Below are positions 31,113 through 40,413 of a stretch of 46,903 nt of DNA, piece after piece. The position numbers and the translations under genes are program-made. The stretch comes from a virus: the IMG/VR virus record IMGVR_UViG_3300045988_041451; one strand, given 5' to 3'. Numbering within the stretch: position 1 is the stretch's first letter; each line of letters begins with the position of its first letter. The notes below the pieces were generated by a model. It was not told where the DNA came from, did no database searches, and saw only the letters and a list, made by a program, of their open reading frames with translations.

Positions 31113-34100
31113 CTATGCGAACGATGTTCTCTTGTGTTTCTTCATCCACTCTTTCATCAGCTTCTCGAACTCCGCCTGACTCATCCGGTTCGCTTCCACG
31201 ATGTCCTCCTTGCTCGGTGCTTCGCCCTCGAAGTGATATGTCGGACTGAACGCGAATGTCATCGGCTGTTCATCCTGCTTGCTCTTGCCCTGCTGTCTGT
31301 CTCCTGTCAGCGTTCCGATCGTCTCTCCGATGACGGAACTCCTGCTCTGCACCGTTGCTGGTGCTTCGATTTTTCTGACTTCGTTGCTACTGTCAAGAAC
31401 TGGCTGCGCCATCGACTGTGATGCTGCTTTCTGCACGATTCCGGCCGTGGCTGTCATACCTCTTGCAAGGCCCTCGCCTACGAACTGACCGGACTCAATC
31501 ATCACTCGCGATGGTGAGTGAATTTTCAGTGCTGAATTGACTGCTGCCGCTGCCGATGCTGCGATGCTCGACGCTGCGGCCATGACCGCTCCTCGCATGG
31601 CATTGATGCCAGAGACGAGTCCGCTCATCATGTTGACACCTGCTGAATACAGGCTCACACTTGCGAATGCTGCCCTGATGCCGTTTGCTGCGCTTCTGGC
31701 TGCTGCAACTGCCTGATTGCATCCGCTCTGTACTGCTGCCACAAGCTGACTCATTCCTGACCGCACCACCGAAACGATGCTGCTCATTCCGCTCGTCGTG
31801 ACTGATCTGGCCGTATTGACCGTCGTTGTCGTGATTGTGCGAATCTGGTTCAGTGTGATCGTTGTGATTAACTGCATCTGCGTCATTCCTGATCGCACTG
31901 CTGTCTGCATCATCATCATTTGAGCCTGCGTTGTTATAGCCGACTGCATCATGTTCGTTCTGACCGTCAGCGACAGTTGTGTCATTCCGGTCTGCATCGC
32001 CGTACTTGCTGCCGTTGAGCCTGTCTGAATTGCTGTTCTAAGTGACAGCATCGCCACGGTCACGGTCAGCGTTGCCTGCGCCATTCCTGACTGAATAGAT
32101 ACCGTCAGGGACAGCATTGCCGCAGACATGGCTGTACTCCATCCTTGTGTGCTCGTCGCGATTCCGGTCTGAATAGATGTCATTGTTGAATCTATGTTCA
32201 CGGAAATTTCTGACAGGGCAGTCTGGATGGACGAACCCATCTGCGTCATTTTTTCGGCCGTTCCGGTTGTGAACGACTCCATGATTGACTGCACATTTGT
32301 CTGCATTGTGGTCAGCGAAGTCTCGACCAGAGTTGAGGTCTGCGTCAGAGATGTTGACATATTCGTGCCGATTTCTGACCACGCAGTTGTTGTGCTGTTC
32401 GACACATCCGACCAGCATTGATTCAATGCTTCTGTGACCGTCTGTGTCAGTTCTGAAATTGTCTGTGTGATAGTCGCAGCACCATTGCTGATTCCGTCTG
32501 CCATCGCGTTGATTGTGTCAACGCTGGCATTCGCTGCCGATGCTGTTGCTCCTGACATTCCAGAATCAATTCCTGATGTGATTCCGTTCGTGATCGCGGC
32601 TCCTGATGCTGTTGCTGATGCTGTGACACCCGGAAGGTTTCCGTCGATCGTACTGCTCAATGTGCTTGTTGCTGTCTGGCTTAATGCAGAAATCTGTTCC
32701 TGCAATCCTGCCGAGCCAGTGGCCACACCTGTTGACATTCCGTTCGTCAGGCTCGTTCCTGCTGCCAGTCCTCCGGCATCCAGTGCGCCCTGCTGCGACT
32801 GCAACCCGGTCAGAAGGCTGTTCATCGTCTCTGTTCCGGTTCCCTGCGCCGTTGTATTCAGCGTTCCCTGCATACTAACGAGGGAGTTGTTCAGAGATGT
32901 CATCGCATCTGTTCCTGACTGCCCTGCGGCCGTCTGTACGAGGTACGATGATGCGTCGATTCCTCCTGCCAGTGACGCATTCATGTTCGTTCCGTACTGC
33001 GTCAACAGTGATGTGTCTATCTGATAACCGTTCTGTGCTGCGAGTGATGCGTTCTGTGCCGATGCTGTGATGCTCGGTGTGCTTGCATCAATTCCTGCCG
33101 CCACACTTTCTCCGGCTGCTGTTCCTGCCTCTTCTCCGTCTCCGGTAAACCATCCGACGAAATCACTCCACAAACCTTTCACGGAGTCCACGAGGCCACC
33201 GAAGGCATTTATGATGCCTTCTCCGATTCCTTTTATGAGATCGGCTCCGACCTGAATCCAGTCGGTTGTGAATATTGCTTCTATGATTGCTGCCGGAATC
33301 TGTACACAAGCCTGACCGATTGTCGGGATTGCCTGAATGAGTCCAGACACGAGCGCGACGATCAACTGGATTCCAGATGATACGATTGTTCCTGCATTTG
33401 ATGCGATCGCCTGCACGAATGCGATGATTCCCTGAATCGCAGCCTGCAAAATTAAAGGAATCGACTGAACGATTCCCTGTACCAGAGTTTGAATCATGGA
33501 AAGTCCGGCCGTGATGATGCTCGGCAGTGCCTGTGCAATACCTGACAGCAATCCGACCACTAGCTGAACCCCTGATGCGATGATCTGCGGCAGCATCTGA
33601 ATCAATCCTGACAGCAATGTCTGAACCATCGAAACGGCTGCCGTCAAAATTGATGGTAAATTCTGTACAATTCCCTGAATCAGACCGAGCACCAGTTGGA
33701 TTCCGCCCTGCACGATCATCGGCAGTGCCGAAACGAGGCCCTGAAGGAATGTCATCACCACCTGCGTTGCCTGCGAGAGCAACTGCGGCAGGGACGAGAG
33801 GATTCCGTTCACCAGATTCAGGATGATCTGGACTCCATCCGTAAAGATGTACTGAAGACCAGATACAATTCCCATCGCAATGCCCTGCACGAGCGTCAAT
33901 CCTGCTGATACAAGCTGCGGCAGCGATGAGAGCAGTGTGTTTGCTAACTGGAATATGAGATTGACTCCTGCGGTAATGATTTGCGGAGCCTGCTGCGCTA
34001 TTCCGATAGCAAGCTGAACGACCATCTGGATTCCCATATTGAGCAGTGTCGGGAGCATGACGGCCAGTCCGTTGATGAGTTGCGTTCCGATCTGCAATGC

Positions 34101-35612
34101 AGCACTCACAATCGTCGGGAACTGCGATAAAATTCCCTGTGACAAGTTCTGCGTTGCCGTGATTCCTGCCTGAATGATCTCCGGCATCTTGCCGACCATT
34201 CCTTGCAGGAACTGCGCCAGAAGCGTTGCTCCTGTCGTGTAAAATTCAGCGATGTACTGCACAATCGCCGTGATGATTGAAGTTGCCAGTGTAGCCGCTG
34301 CCGATGTCAGTGTCGGGGCATTGTCAACCAGTCCTCGAAGAAGAGAACTCATGAGTGTTGATGCCATCGTGACAAGCTGTGGTGCGTAGTTTGCGACCTC
34401 TGTCACGCAGTCGGCCAGAACATCTCCAAGCGTTTCCGCCATGCCCTGAAAACCGCCATCTGCGAGCGCATCGGACAGTCTGTAAATCTGATCGGTTCCA
34501 AACTGTACGACTTCCCGGAGCGGTCCCTGAAGGTTTTTGTAAATCTTGATACCAGTGTCTTCGAGTGCTGACTGGAAGATCGCCAGATCGCCGTTCAGGT
34601 TGTCCAGTTTCGTCTGTGCCATCGCCTCAAGCGCACCGTCGCAGTTTTCCAGTTCTTTCGTGAGGTTTTCCCACTCTGTCGAACCGTCTTCCAGCGTCGT
34701 GTTCAGACCTGACATGAGGTCATTCAGAGCGTCAACGTGCTGCTTTCCACCGATCGCGGCCAGTGCTGCGTTTCGCTCTTCTTCCGTGCATCCAGACAGT
34801 GCCGTGTTCAGGGTTTCAAGCGTTGCCTTTAATCCGATGAACTTTCCTTCCGAGTCGAAGGCAGATATTCCGAGAGATTTCATCATCTCTCCTGCCTGTC
34901 CGGTTCCGGTTGTCAGGTTCGCCATGATCGCGTTCAATGCGTTTCCGGCTTCGCTTCCCTTGATACCTCTGTTCGCGAGTACACCGAGGGCCGTTGCTGA
35001 CTCAGTTAGTGGCACGTTCAGGTTCGTCATAACACCGCCGACACCCAAATATGCCTCCATCAACTGTTCCGCTGTCTGGTTTGACTTGTTGTTCGCCTTC
35101 GCGCAAATATCCAGATACCCGGCCAGATTGTCCACGCTTACTCCGCAGGCCGACATACTGTCCGTTACGAGGTCAGACGTTCGCGCCAGATCGAGTCCGG
35201 TTGCCTCCGATAGTCGCAGAACGCTCGGCAATGCCGAGATAGAATCATTTACTGACCATCCAGCGAGGGCCATGTATTCGAGGGCGGCAGAACTTTCCGT
35301 GGCCGTCTTCGATGTGGTCCTTCCACACTCCATTGCGGCCGCTTCCAGCTTCTTGTATTCCTCTTCTGTTGCTCCTGCTGTTGCTGCTGTCGAGGACATC
35401 TGTGCCTCGAACTCTCTTCCGACGTTTACGCTTGCGACTCCGACTGCTCCAATGGCTGCTCCTGCTGCCGTCAGAGACTTTGCTGCAAGCTGTACACTTT
35501 TAACTCCGAGTGAGCCTAACCCTTCCAGTCCTTTTTGTGCTCCCTGAAGTGCAGAGTTGAATGACTTTTCAAGCTGACCTGCAATCTTCACCGATACCTT
35601 ATATTCACTCAT
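31113..35612 (-). CDS. Tail tape measure protein
   Basis: 1499 aa. Helical N-terminal TMP core, hydrophobic 22-aa-type repeats and an S/T/A/M/Q-rich C-terminal half. It follows the frameshifted chaperone. Confidence 0.9.
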   Translation of the reverse strand: MSEYKVSVKIAGQLEKSFNSALQGAQKGLEGLGSLGVKSVQLAAKSLTAAGAAIGAVGVASVNVGREFEAQMSSTAATAGATEEEYKKLEAAAMECGRTTSKTATESSAALEYMALAGWSVNDSISALPSVLRLSEATGLDLARTSDLVTDSMSACGVSVDNLAGYLDICAKANNKSNQTAEQLMEAYLGVGGVMTNLNVPLTESATALGVLANRGIKGSEAGNALNAIMANLTTGTGQAGEMMKSLGISAFDSEGKFIGLKATLETLNTALSGCTEEERNAALAAIGGKQHVDALNDLMSGLNTTLEDGSTEWENLTKELENCDGALEAMAQTKLDNLNGDLAIFQSALEDTGIKIYKNLQGPLREVVQFGTDQIYRLSDALADGGFQGMAETLGDVLADCVTEVANYAPQLVTMASTLMSSLLRGLVDNAPTLTSAAATLATSIITAIVQYIAEFYTTGATLLAQFLQGMVGKMPEIIQAGITATQNLSQGILSQFPTIVSAALQIGTQLINGLAVMLPTLLNMGIQMVVQLAIGIAQQAPQIITAGVNLIFQLANTLLSSLPQLVSAGLTLVQGIAMGIVSGLQYIFTDGVQIILNLVNGILSSLPQLLSQATQVVMTFLQGLVSALPMIVQGGIQLVLGLIQGIVQNLPSILTAAVSMVQTLLSGLIQMLPQIIASGVQLVVGLLSGIAQALPSIITAGLSMIQTLVQGIVQSIPLILQAAIQGIIAFVQAIASNAGTIVSSGIQLIVALVSGLIQAIPTIGQACVQIPAAIIEAIFTTDWIQVGADLIKGIGEGIINAFGGLVDSVKGLWSDFVGWFTGDGEEAGTAAGESVAAGIDASTPSITASAQNASLAAQNGYQIDTSLLTQYGTNMNASLAGGIDASSYLVQTAAGQSGTDAMTSLNNSLVSMQGTLNTTAQGTGTETMNSLLTGLQSQQGALDAGGLAAGTSLTNGMSTGVATGSAGLQEQISALSQTATSTLSSTIDGNLPGVTASATASGAAITNGITSGIDSGMSGATASAANASVDTINAMADGISNGAATITQTISELTQTVTEALNQCWSDVSNSTTTAWSEIGTNMSTSLTQTSTLVETSLTTMQTNVQSIMESFTTGTAEKMTQMGSSIQTALSEISVNIDSTMTSIQTGIATSTQGWSTAMSAAMLSLTVSIQSGMAQATLTVTVAMLSLRTAIQTGSTAASTAMQTGMTQLSLTVRTNMMQSAITTQAQMMMMQTAVRSGMTQMQLITTITLNQIRTITTTTVNTARSVTTSGMSSIVSVVRSGMSQLVAAVQSGCNQAVAAARSAANGIRAAFASVSLYSAGVNMMSGLVSGINAMRGAVMAAASSIAASAAAAVNSALKIHSPSRVMIESGQFVGEGLARGMTATAGIVQKAASQSMAQPVLDSSNEVRKIEAPATVQSRSSVIGETIGTLTGDRQQGKSKQDEQPMTFAFSPTYHFEGEAPSKEDIVEANRMSQAEFEKLMKEWMKKHKRTSFA
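33330..34200 (-). repeat. Internal degenerate repeats within the tape measure (LPxIIxAGxxLxxxLxxGIxQ units); approximate bounds
   Basis: At least 10 successive units are visible in the translation (LPQLVSAG..., LPQLLSQA..., LPMIVQGG..., LPSILTAA..., LPQIIASG..., LPSIITAG..., IPLILQAA...). Confidence 0.6.
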
Positions 35613-36096
35613 GACTTATGCTGGCTCACCTCCTTCATGTCATCGCACAAGTCTAAAAGGTCAAAAAAAGACAGGTCCAGAAAATAATCCAGACCTGTCT
35701 TCAGGTTCATTGACAAGACAAGGCATAACTTTCGGAGTTCCGACAGTTCGTCGATTCTTATTCCTCTCCGAAGAAAAAACTTGTGACTCTGTTTTTGACT
35801 TTGATTGCATCTCTCGGTGCAAGCTGCTTGTAAAACTCGATCGGGTAATCCGTTGCGGATGCTGCGATGACGAGTGTGTATTCCAGATTCGTCTCCGGCA
35901 GCACTGTCACGTTGCCGGAAGTGTTCAGGACCTTGTTCGCCTTAATCATATCGTTTGCGGTCAGGTTTTCCAGACCGGAGAAATCAATCTCGGACACTTT
36001 CGCGCCCTCGAAATCATACACCTTTGACAACTTCATCTTGCTTTCCTCTGCCTGTACTGCTGCCTGCTCTACTACTTCGTTTTTAACTTCATTCAT
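35609..36096 (-). CDS. Tail assembly chaperone, -1 frameshift-extended product (gpE+E' / G-GT analogue)
   Basis: The -1 frame is open for 54 codons from the slippery site. It ends in a TGA that overlaps the tape-measure ATG (TCATGA). Confidence 0.65.
35663..35700 (-). terminator. Terminator-like hairpin inside the chaperone extension, upstream of the tape measure
   Basis: 9-bp stem AGACAGGTC/GACCTGTCT (35669-77 / 35692-700) with a 14-nt loop, followed on the minus strand by T7 (35669-63). Confidence 0.4.
35758..36096 (-). CDS. Tail assembly chaperone (zero-frame product)
   Basis: 112 aa between the tube and tape measure genes, ending ...VTSFFFGEE. Confidence 0.8.
   Translation of the reverse strand: MNEVKNEVVEQAAVQAEESKMKLSKVYDFEGAKVSEIDFSGLENLTANDMIKANKVLNTSGNVTVLPETNLEYTLVIAASATDYPIEFYKQLAPRDAIKVKNRVTSFFFGEE
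35773..35779 (-). promoter_or_regulatory. -1 programmed frameshift slippery heptamer T_TTT_TTC
   Basis: The minus strand reads AGT TTT TTC in the zero frame. This fits the X_XXY_YYZ pattern. Confidence 0.65.
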
Positions 36097-36113
36097 GATT
36101 TTTTATCCTCCTT

Positions 36114-36638
36114 TTATACCTGACTTCTGATTTTTGCCAGCATATCCTTTCCATTCAGCACGAACTTGAAGTTCAGCTTGTCGAGTTCCAGTGTGGTCTT
36201 GTTGTTGATCTGAATTTTGATGTACAGAATTTCCAGTTCAACCTCTGGTTCCATTTTCTTTCCCTTTGTTGCTTTTCCGAGGTTTGTGTTCGTTGCCTTT
36301 CCTCTCACAACGATCTTGACCGGATAATAGCCAGTTGCTCCGGTTGTCGGGTCCATGCACTGCATAGATGCCCGGAGAGTCAACTGCGGCGGAGTCGTTG
36401 TGTCGATGATGCTGAACATATCCTCATAGAGTACAGAGAATGGAATCTTGATCTTGATTGATGCGAACTGGCCTGTGACTGCATCCTCAATCTCTCCGAG
36501 CACTCCTGCTCCTTCGAGTGTGTCTGTCAGTGCTTCCAGTTCTCCCAGTTCGATCTCACCGGAAATTCCGATCAGCTTCTTCGCTTTGTCGTTGTACACG
36601 TTGTAATGGTTTAATACTTCAGGAATAACAATACCCAT
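36114..36638 (-). CDS. Tail tube protein
   Basis: 174 aa directly after the sheath gene. MGIVIPEVLNHYNVY...GEIELGELE is typical of P2 FII-like tube proteins. Confidence 0.85.
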   Translation of the reverse strand: MGIVIPEVLNHYNVYNDKAKKLIGISGEIELGELEALTDTLEGAGVLGEIEDAVTGQFASIKIKIPFSVLYEDMFSIIDTTTPPQLTLRASMQCMDPTTGATGYYPVKIVVRGKATNTNLGKATKGKKMEPEVELEILYIKIQINNKTTLELDKLNFKFVLNGKDMLAKIRSQV

Positions 36639-36640
36639 GA

Positions 36641-38089
36641 TTATTCACCTCCTCCTGATAATGCGTTCTTTAACATATCCGTGTCATAGGACAGGATGTT
36701 GTCAATCTCCTGTGCAGGTGTATATGGTGCGATGCGCTGTCTGAATGTGATCTTTCCTGCCAATGTGTCCGTGATCGGGTTATCACTTGCGAGGTACTGC
36801 ATCTCTGCTCCGGCCCATTTATCCGGTGCATATGCCGCGCATCTGATATTCTCTGAATCAATGATACTTTCGATCAGCACATGGTTCATCGGGTCATCGA
36901 CCTTCTCGAAATAGGTCTGAATGAAATTGTTGCCGTGCCAGTTAAACATTCTTCTGACTGCGAGCCAGATGTCTTTTGCATCTCCACTGGAAGGAAATGC
37001 ACCTGTGTAGTTGCCCCACAGCTTCCATCCATTCATGTTGATCGCTGTTGCTACTCCATAGGTGTTCACTGTGCTTCCCTGATCCTGATCGAGAGTCACT
37101 TCTGTTCCGTCTGCCAGACAGGTTCCTGTCACTCCGAGCATTTCATTCGACGGAGACAGGGACGGCACATCGTCATTGCTTGCATCGGTGTATGCGATCA
37201 GTGCTGCAACTACGGCAGACATTGCGAACACATAATCTCCAACCTTTACACACGGCCATGTCGGATAACAGAACGCAGAAGTGAATCCGCTGTCCTCTTT
37301 TGTCTTCTTGCAGTCCGTGTATTTTGTTGCCTTCGTTGTGTCCAGATCGACCAGTGCAACCGCCTTGAATACTCCGTTGATGTTCGCCGCCTTTGCGGAC
37401 ATTGCGATTCCGACTTCTGGAATCTGTGACCATCCCGGAGCAACAATCAATCCCGGAACAACTCCGAGTTTTGGATATACCTGTCTTACTACTTCCAGAC
37501 CGCTTTCTTTTCCTGTGGATGCGTTATACGCTCCAATGATGTCCGTCTTTGTAATCATGGACGGGTCAAGCACATTTCCTGATACTGTGATAGAGGTTGC
37601 AGATGCTCCCTTTCCTCCTTCAATCAGATTGACGATCAGGCTTCCGTCAGTGTCGAACTCTGTTGTATAGTCAGTTCCTGCTGTCAGTGTTGCTGATGCA
37701 GCTTTCACAACCAGTCCTTTCGGGATGATTCCCTTCGTGCTGATCTTCGCCTGCATCTGGCTCACTGTTGCAGTTGTTTCCGTCAGTGCTTTCTTGTGCT
37801 TTGTTGGGTCAAGTACGTTGATATAGACCGCAGGTGACACCTGATAGATGTTATTTGTCGCATACATCATCTGACACAAGGTATAGTTTTCAAAGTCATC
37901 CACATATCCCAGTGCGGCCATCGCCTCTGCTGCCGAGTTTGCGAGAATCGGTGTGTTGATTACTTCTTCCGGGTTCTGCACCATATTGACCGGAGCAGTT
38001 CCCACAACGACCGGAATTGAGCAGGAACCAGTGATCGGCGCGGTCAGCGCAGTTGCTTCTTCCTGCACAAAAACTCCATGTTTGCTCAT
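36641..38089 (-). CDS. Tail sheath protein
   Basis: 482 aa. MSKHGVFVQEEATA... N-terminus. AAGGAGG RBS. Confidence 0.9.
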   Translation of the reverse strand: MSKHGVFVQEEATALTAPITGSCSIPVVVGTAPVNMVQNPEEVINTPILANSAAEAMAALGYVDDFENYTLCQMMYATNNIYQVSPAVYINVLDPTKHKKALTETTATVSQMQAKISTKGIIPKGLVVKAASATLTAGTDYTTEFDTDGSLIVNLIEGGKGASATSITVSGNVLDPSMITKTDIIGAYNASTGKESGLEVVRQVYPKLGVVPGLIVAPGWSQIPEVGIAMSAKAANINGVFKAVALVDLDTTKATKYTDCKKTKEDSGFTSAFCYPTWPCVKVGDYVFAMSAVVAALIAYTDASNDDVPSLSPSNEMLGVTGTCLADGTEVTLDQDQGSTVNTYGVATAINMNGWKLWGNYTGAFPSSGDAKDIWLAVRRMFNWHGNNFIQTYFEKVDDPMNHVLIESIIDSENIRCAAYAPDKWAGAEMQYLASDNPITDTLAGKITFRQRIAPYTPAQEIDNILSYDTDMLKNALSGGGE

Positions 38090-38092
38090 TGT

Positions 38093-38401
38093 TTATTTTC
38101 CTCCTTCTGTTTTATATTCCAGTGCCTTTCTGAACGCACTGAAGATATATCCTTTTCTTTCACGCAGCATCTTCTCTGCAAGCGGATATTTGATGACCGG
38201 AATGAACAGGTTTCTCATTTCCGGTACGTCTTTGCAGGCTTTTTTTGCTGCTTCAGGAATCTCTGTGTATACTCTGTTCTGGATTCCGATGCCCGGAATC
38301 GTAGGTCCCACATACATCAGATTTTCCTGTTTCACTTCTTCGGCTACTGCCTGTGTTTCAGTCTCTTTTACTGCTTCAGCAGTATCTGTCTTCCTCGGCA
38401 T
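38093..38401 (-). CDS. Hypothetical tail-module protein
   Basis: 102-aa ORF between the tail-completion genes and the sheath. Confidence 0.5.
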   Translation of the reverse strand: MPRKTDTAEAVKETETQAVAEEVKQENLMYVGPTIPGIGIQNRVYTEIPEAAKKACKDVPEMRNLFIPVIKYPLAEKMLRERKGYIFSAFRKALEYKTEGGK

Positions 38402-38873
38402 AATGCTTCGGTTCCCTCCTTCCTATCTTCGGCACGTTGAATGAGATTGCAACTCCTCCGAAGTAGAACGGATATGTGTCTTCATCCTGAACGGCCCATT
38501 CGATGTCCTGCTCTGCTCTGAACTTCTTGTTCAGAAGAGGCTCTGCTGCAAATCTGTCCACCACATCCTGAATCATGTTCATGATGTGTCTGTGACCGAT
38601 ATTCTTCTTTGAGTGATCGCATATCCCGAAGTGAATCTCTGTTGCGACCACCCACGGACTATCATCGTCCGCAGTTTTTCCTGTTTCTAATTTCACGAGA
38701 GCATATGGAAAGAACTGCGATTCATCTTCTTCGTCATCTGTCACAACTGGAAGGTTCTGTTCGTACACATTCAACCCTGTCACAGTTTCCCCCGACGTAT
38801 TCTCTGTTGTGATTCCCTGAAAAAGTTTCTTCATTTCTTCCACAAGGTCCCTCTGAAGTTCTGCTGCTGTCAT
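38376..38873 (-). CDS. Putative tail completion/terminator protein
   Basis: 165 aa. Assigned by its position upstream of the sheath. Confidence 0.55.
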   Translation of the reverse strand: MTAAELQRDLVEEMKKLFQGITTENTSGETVTGLNVYEQNLPVVTDDEEDESQFFPYALVKLETGKTADDDSPWVVATEIHFGICDHSKKNIGHRHIMNMIQDVVDRFAAEPLLNKKFRAEQDIEWAVQDEDTYPFYFGGVAISFNVPKIGRREPKHYAEEDRYC

Positions 38874-38876
38874 TGC

Positions 38877-39443
38877 TTACCCCACAATCTTCTTGATCTC
38901 TGCTTCGAGGTTCTTGCGAAGGTCTGACTGTATCGGCTCTTTAAGTGCTCCTGCCATTCCTCTCTCGCCCTGATATACTTTTTCAACCATTTTCGGGACA
39001 GAGTTTGAATGAAACACCTTGACCGGGAGCCTGTCTTTGCCTTCCCTCTGCATCACCAGTCCGTTGCGCTTGAACGCTTTTCCGCCTTGCGAACTGACCA
39101 GTTGCTTCAGACCGCCGTTCACGATGTCTGCTGCCGCGGCCGCTCCGCCTTTTTTCGGTCTGCCTGCCCGGTTCTTAAATCGCACGAGTGTCAGAGGCTT
39201 TCCATCCGCATCCACCGATGCCGTGAGGTTTCCTGTTGACGCATTTTTGATCTTCATGTGACTATTGAATCCGACCTGCTTAACTGTATAGGCTCCTTTT
39301 GCGCTTTGCGCGATTCGTTTCCTTGCCTGCCTTGCAGTCTTGTTCACGGCATTCTTGAATACCTGTGGGGCCTTGCTCTTCATGTCTCCCAGTTTCTTCT
39401 CAACCAGTTCCAGTTCTGCCCTGTTTACCTCATAGGTAATCAT
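38877..39443 (-). CDS. HK97 gp10-like neck/tail-component protein
   Basis: 188 aa. The N-terminal VEKKLGDMKSKAPQVFKNAVNKTARQARKRIAQ is gp10-family-like. Confidence 0.6.
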   Translation of the reverse strand: MITYEVNRAELELVEKKLGDMKSKAPQVFKNAVNKTARQARKRIAQSAKGAYTVKQVGFNSHMKIKNASTGNLTASVDADGKPLTLVRFKNRAGRPKKGGAAAAADIVNGGLKQLVSSQGGKAFKRNGLVMQREGKDRLPVKVFHSNSVPKMVEKVYQGERGMAGALKEPIQSDLRKNLEAEIKKIVG

Positions 39444-39763
39444 CCTCTGTTCGCCTCCAACGTGATCGAATAGATTCCATCTTCAGCAATCGCATCGGCC
39501 ACTCTGTATGATCTCTTGTCCAGACTCACGGCTGTTCCCTGCTTCGGGAGCGGTCCATAATCTTCCGCAGATACATACATAAGCACCTGTTTGACGTATA
39601 TTCCGTCCATGTGCTGACTGTATCTCTTCTCTCGTTCAATCTGCTCGTTGTTGTCGATCTGCACTGCCATCGGCTTTCCGTTGACTGTGTGTATCTCCGA
39701 GAACTCATCCACGTTCAAAAAAGTCTGCTGCACATCCCTCTTTATGATGTCTTTGAAGGTCAT
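39440..39763 (-). CDS. Head-tail adaptor / head closure protein
   Basis: 107 aa. Assigned by position and size. ATGA coupling. Confidence 0.55.
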   Translation of the reverse strand: MTFKDIIKRDVQQTFLNVDEFSEIHTVNGKPMAVQIDNNEQIEREKRYSQHMDGIYVKQVLMYVSAEDYGPLPKQGTAVSLDKRSYRVADAIAEDGIYSITLEANRG

Positions 39764-40068
39764 GCTTTCTTCTTTCTCGTTGTGGTTCTTGTCGGTTTCT
39801 TCGCAGGAGCGGTTTTTCTTTCCGGTGTCTCTGGAATACGTCCGATCAGTCCATCAGTGCCTGCATCGCTCATTCCCGGCATACCTGCAACGGCTGTCAC
39901 CGGAATTGCCTGCGCTGCTTGTGGTTCTGGCTCGTCTTCCTTCCACATTGCAGTTCCTGCTTTGAGCCACAATTCTGTCATTTCCTGATCGTTCACCGGA
40001 AGGCTTTCGCCTGTACTATACTGATGTGCGTGGTACAGTACAGGGCGAAGCGCAATCAGTTCTCTCAT
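39760..40068 (-). CDS. Hypothetical head-module protein
   Basis: 102 aa with a basic C-terminal tail. Confidence 0.5.
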   Translation of the reverse strand: MRELIALRPVLYHAHQYSTGESLPVNDQEMTELWLKAGTAMWKEDEPEPQAAQAIPVTAVAGMPGMSDAGTDGLIGRIPETPERKTAPAKKPTRTTTRKKKA

Positions 40069-40394
40069 GCGTTGATATTGACGAGCACTGATGTTTCTGC
40101 TGCCTTTGCCGCTTCTGTTGCGAATCCGGCCGCAGTATTTCCTGATGCAGTTGTTGTCATCTTGCCTGCCGCAGTGACATACACCTCTGCCCCTGCTGTG
40201 ATCTCGCTGTCATCTTTCTCGAATCGGAACACACCCTTCACATGAAGGCTTCCAGTCTCTCCCGGCTGGATTGTCATGCCTGCCACACCGACTCTCTTTC
40301 CGAGAACGATCACGGAATTTGCTTCAATGGCACTGCTGCCTGCGTTCTTGTAGTCGATAGACTCTCCGCGCTGCCAGTATTCTGCTTTACTCAT
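40065..40394 (-). CDS. DUF2190-like small head protein
   Basis: 109 aa. ...GETGSLHVKGVFRFEKD...AGAEVYV pattern. It lies directly after the capsid gene. Confidence 0.6.
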   Translation of the reverse strand: MSKAEYWQRGESIDYKNAGSSAIEANSVIVLGKRVGVAGMTIQPGETGSLHVKGVFRFEKDDSEITAGAEVYVTAAGKMTTTASGNTAAGFATEAAKAAETSVLVNINA

Positions 40395-40413
40395 TGCGTT
40401 TGCCTCCCTTCTC

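Noticed and set aside
34546-35547. 333-aa plus-strand ORF.
   Set aside because: It is antisense to the tape measure gene. The Ser/Ala/Pro-rich translation is a shadow ORF.
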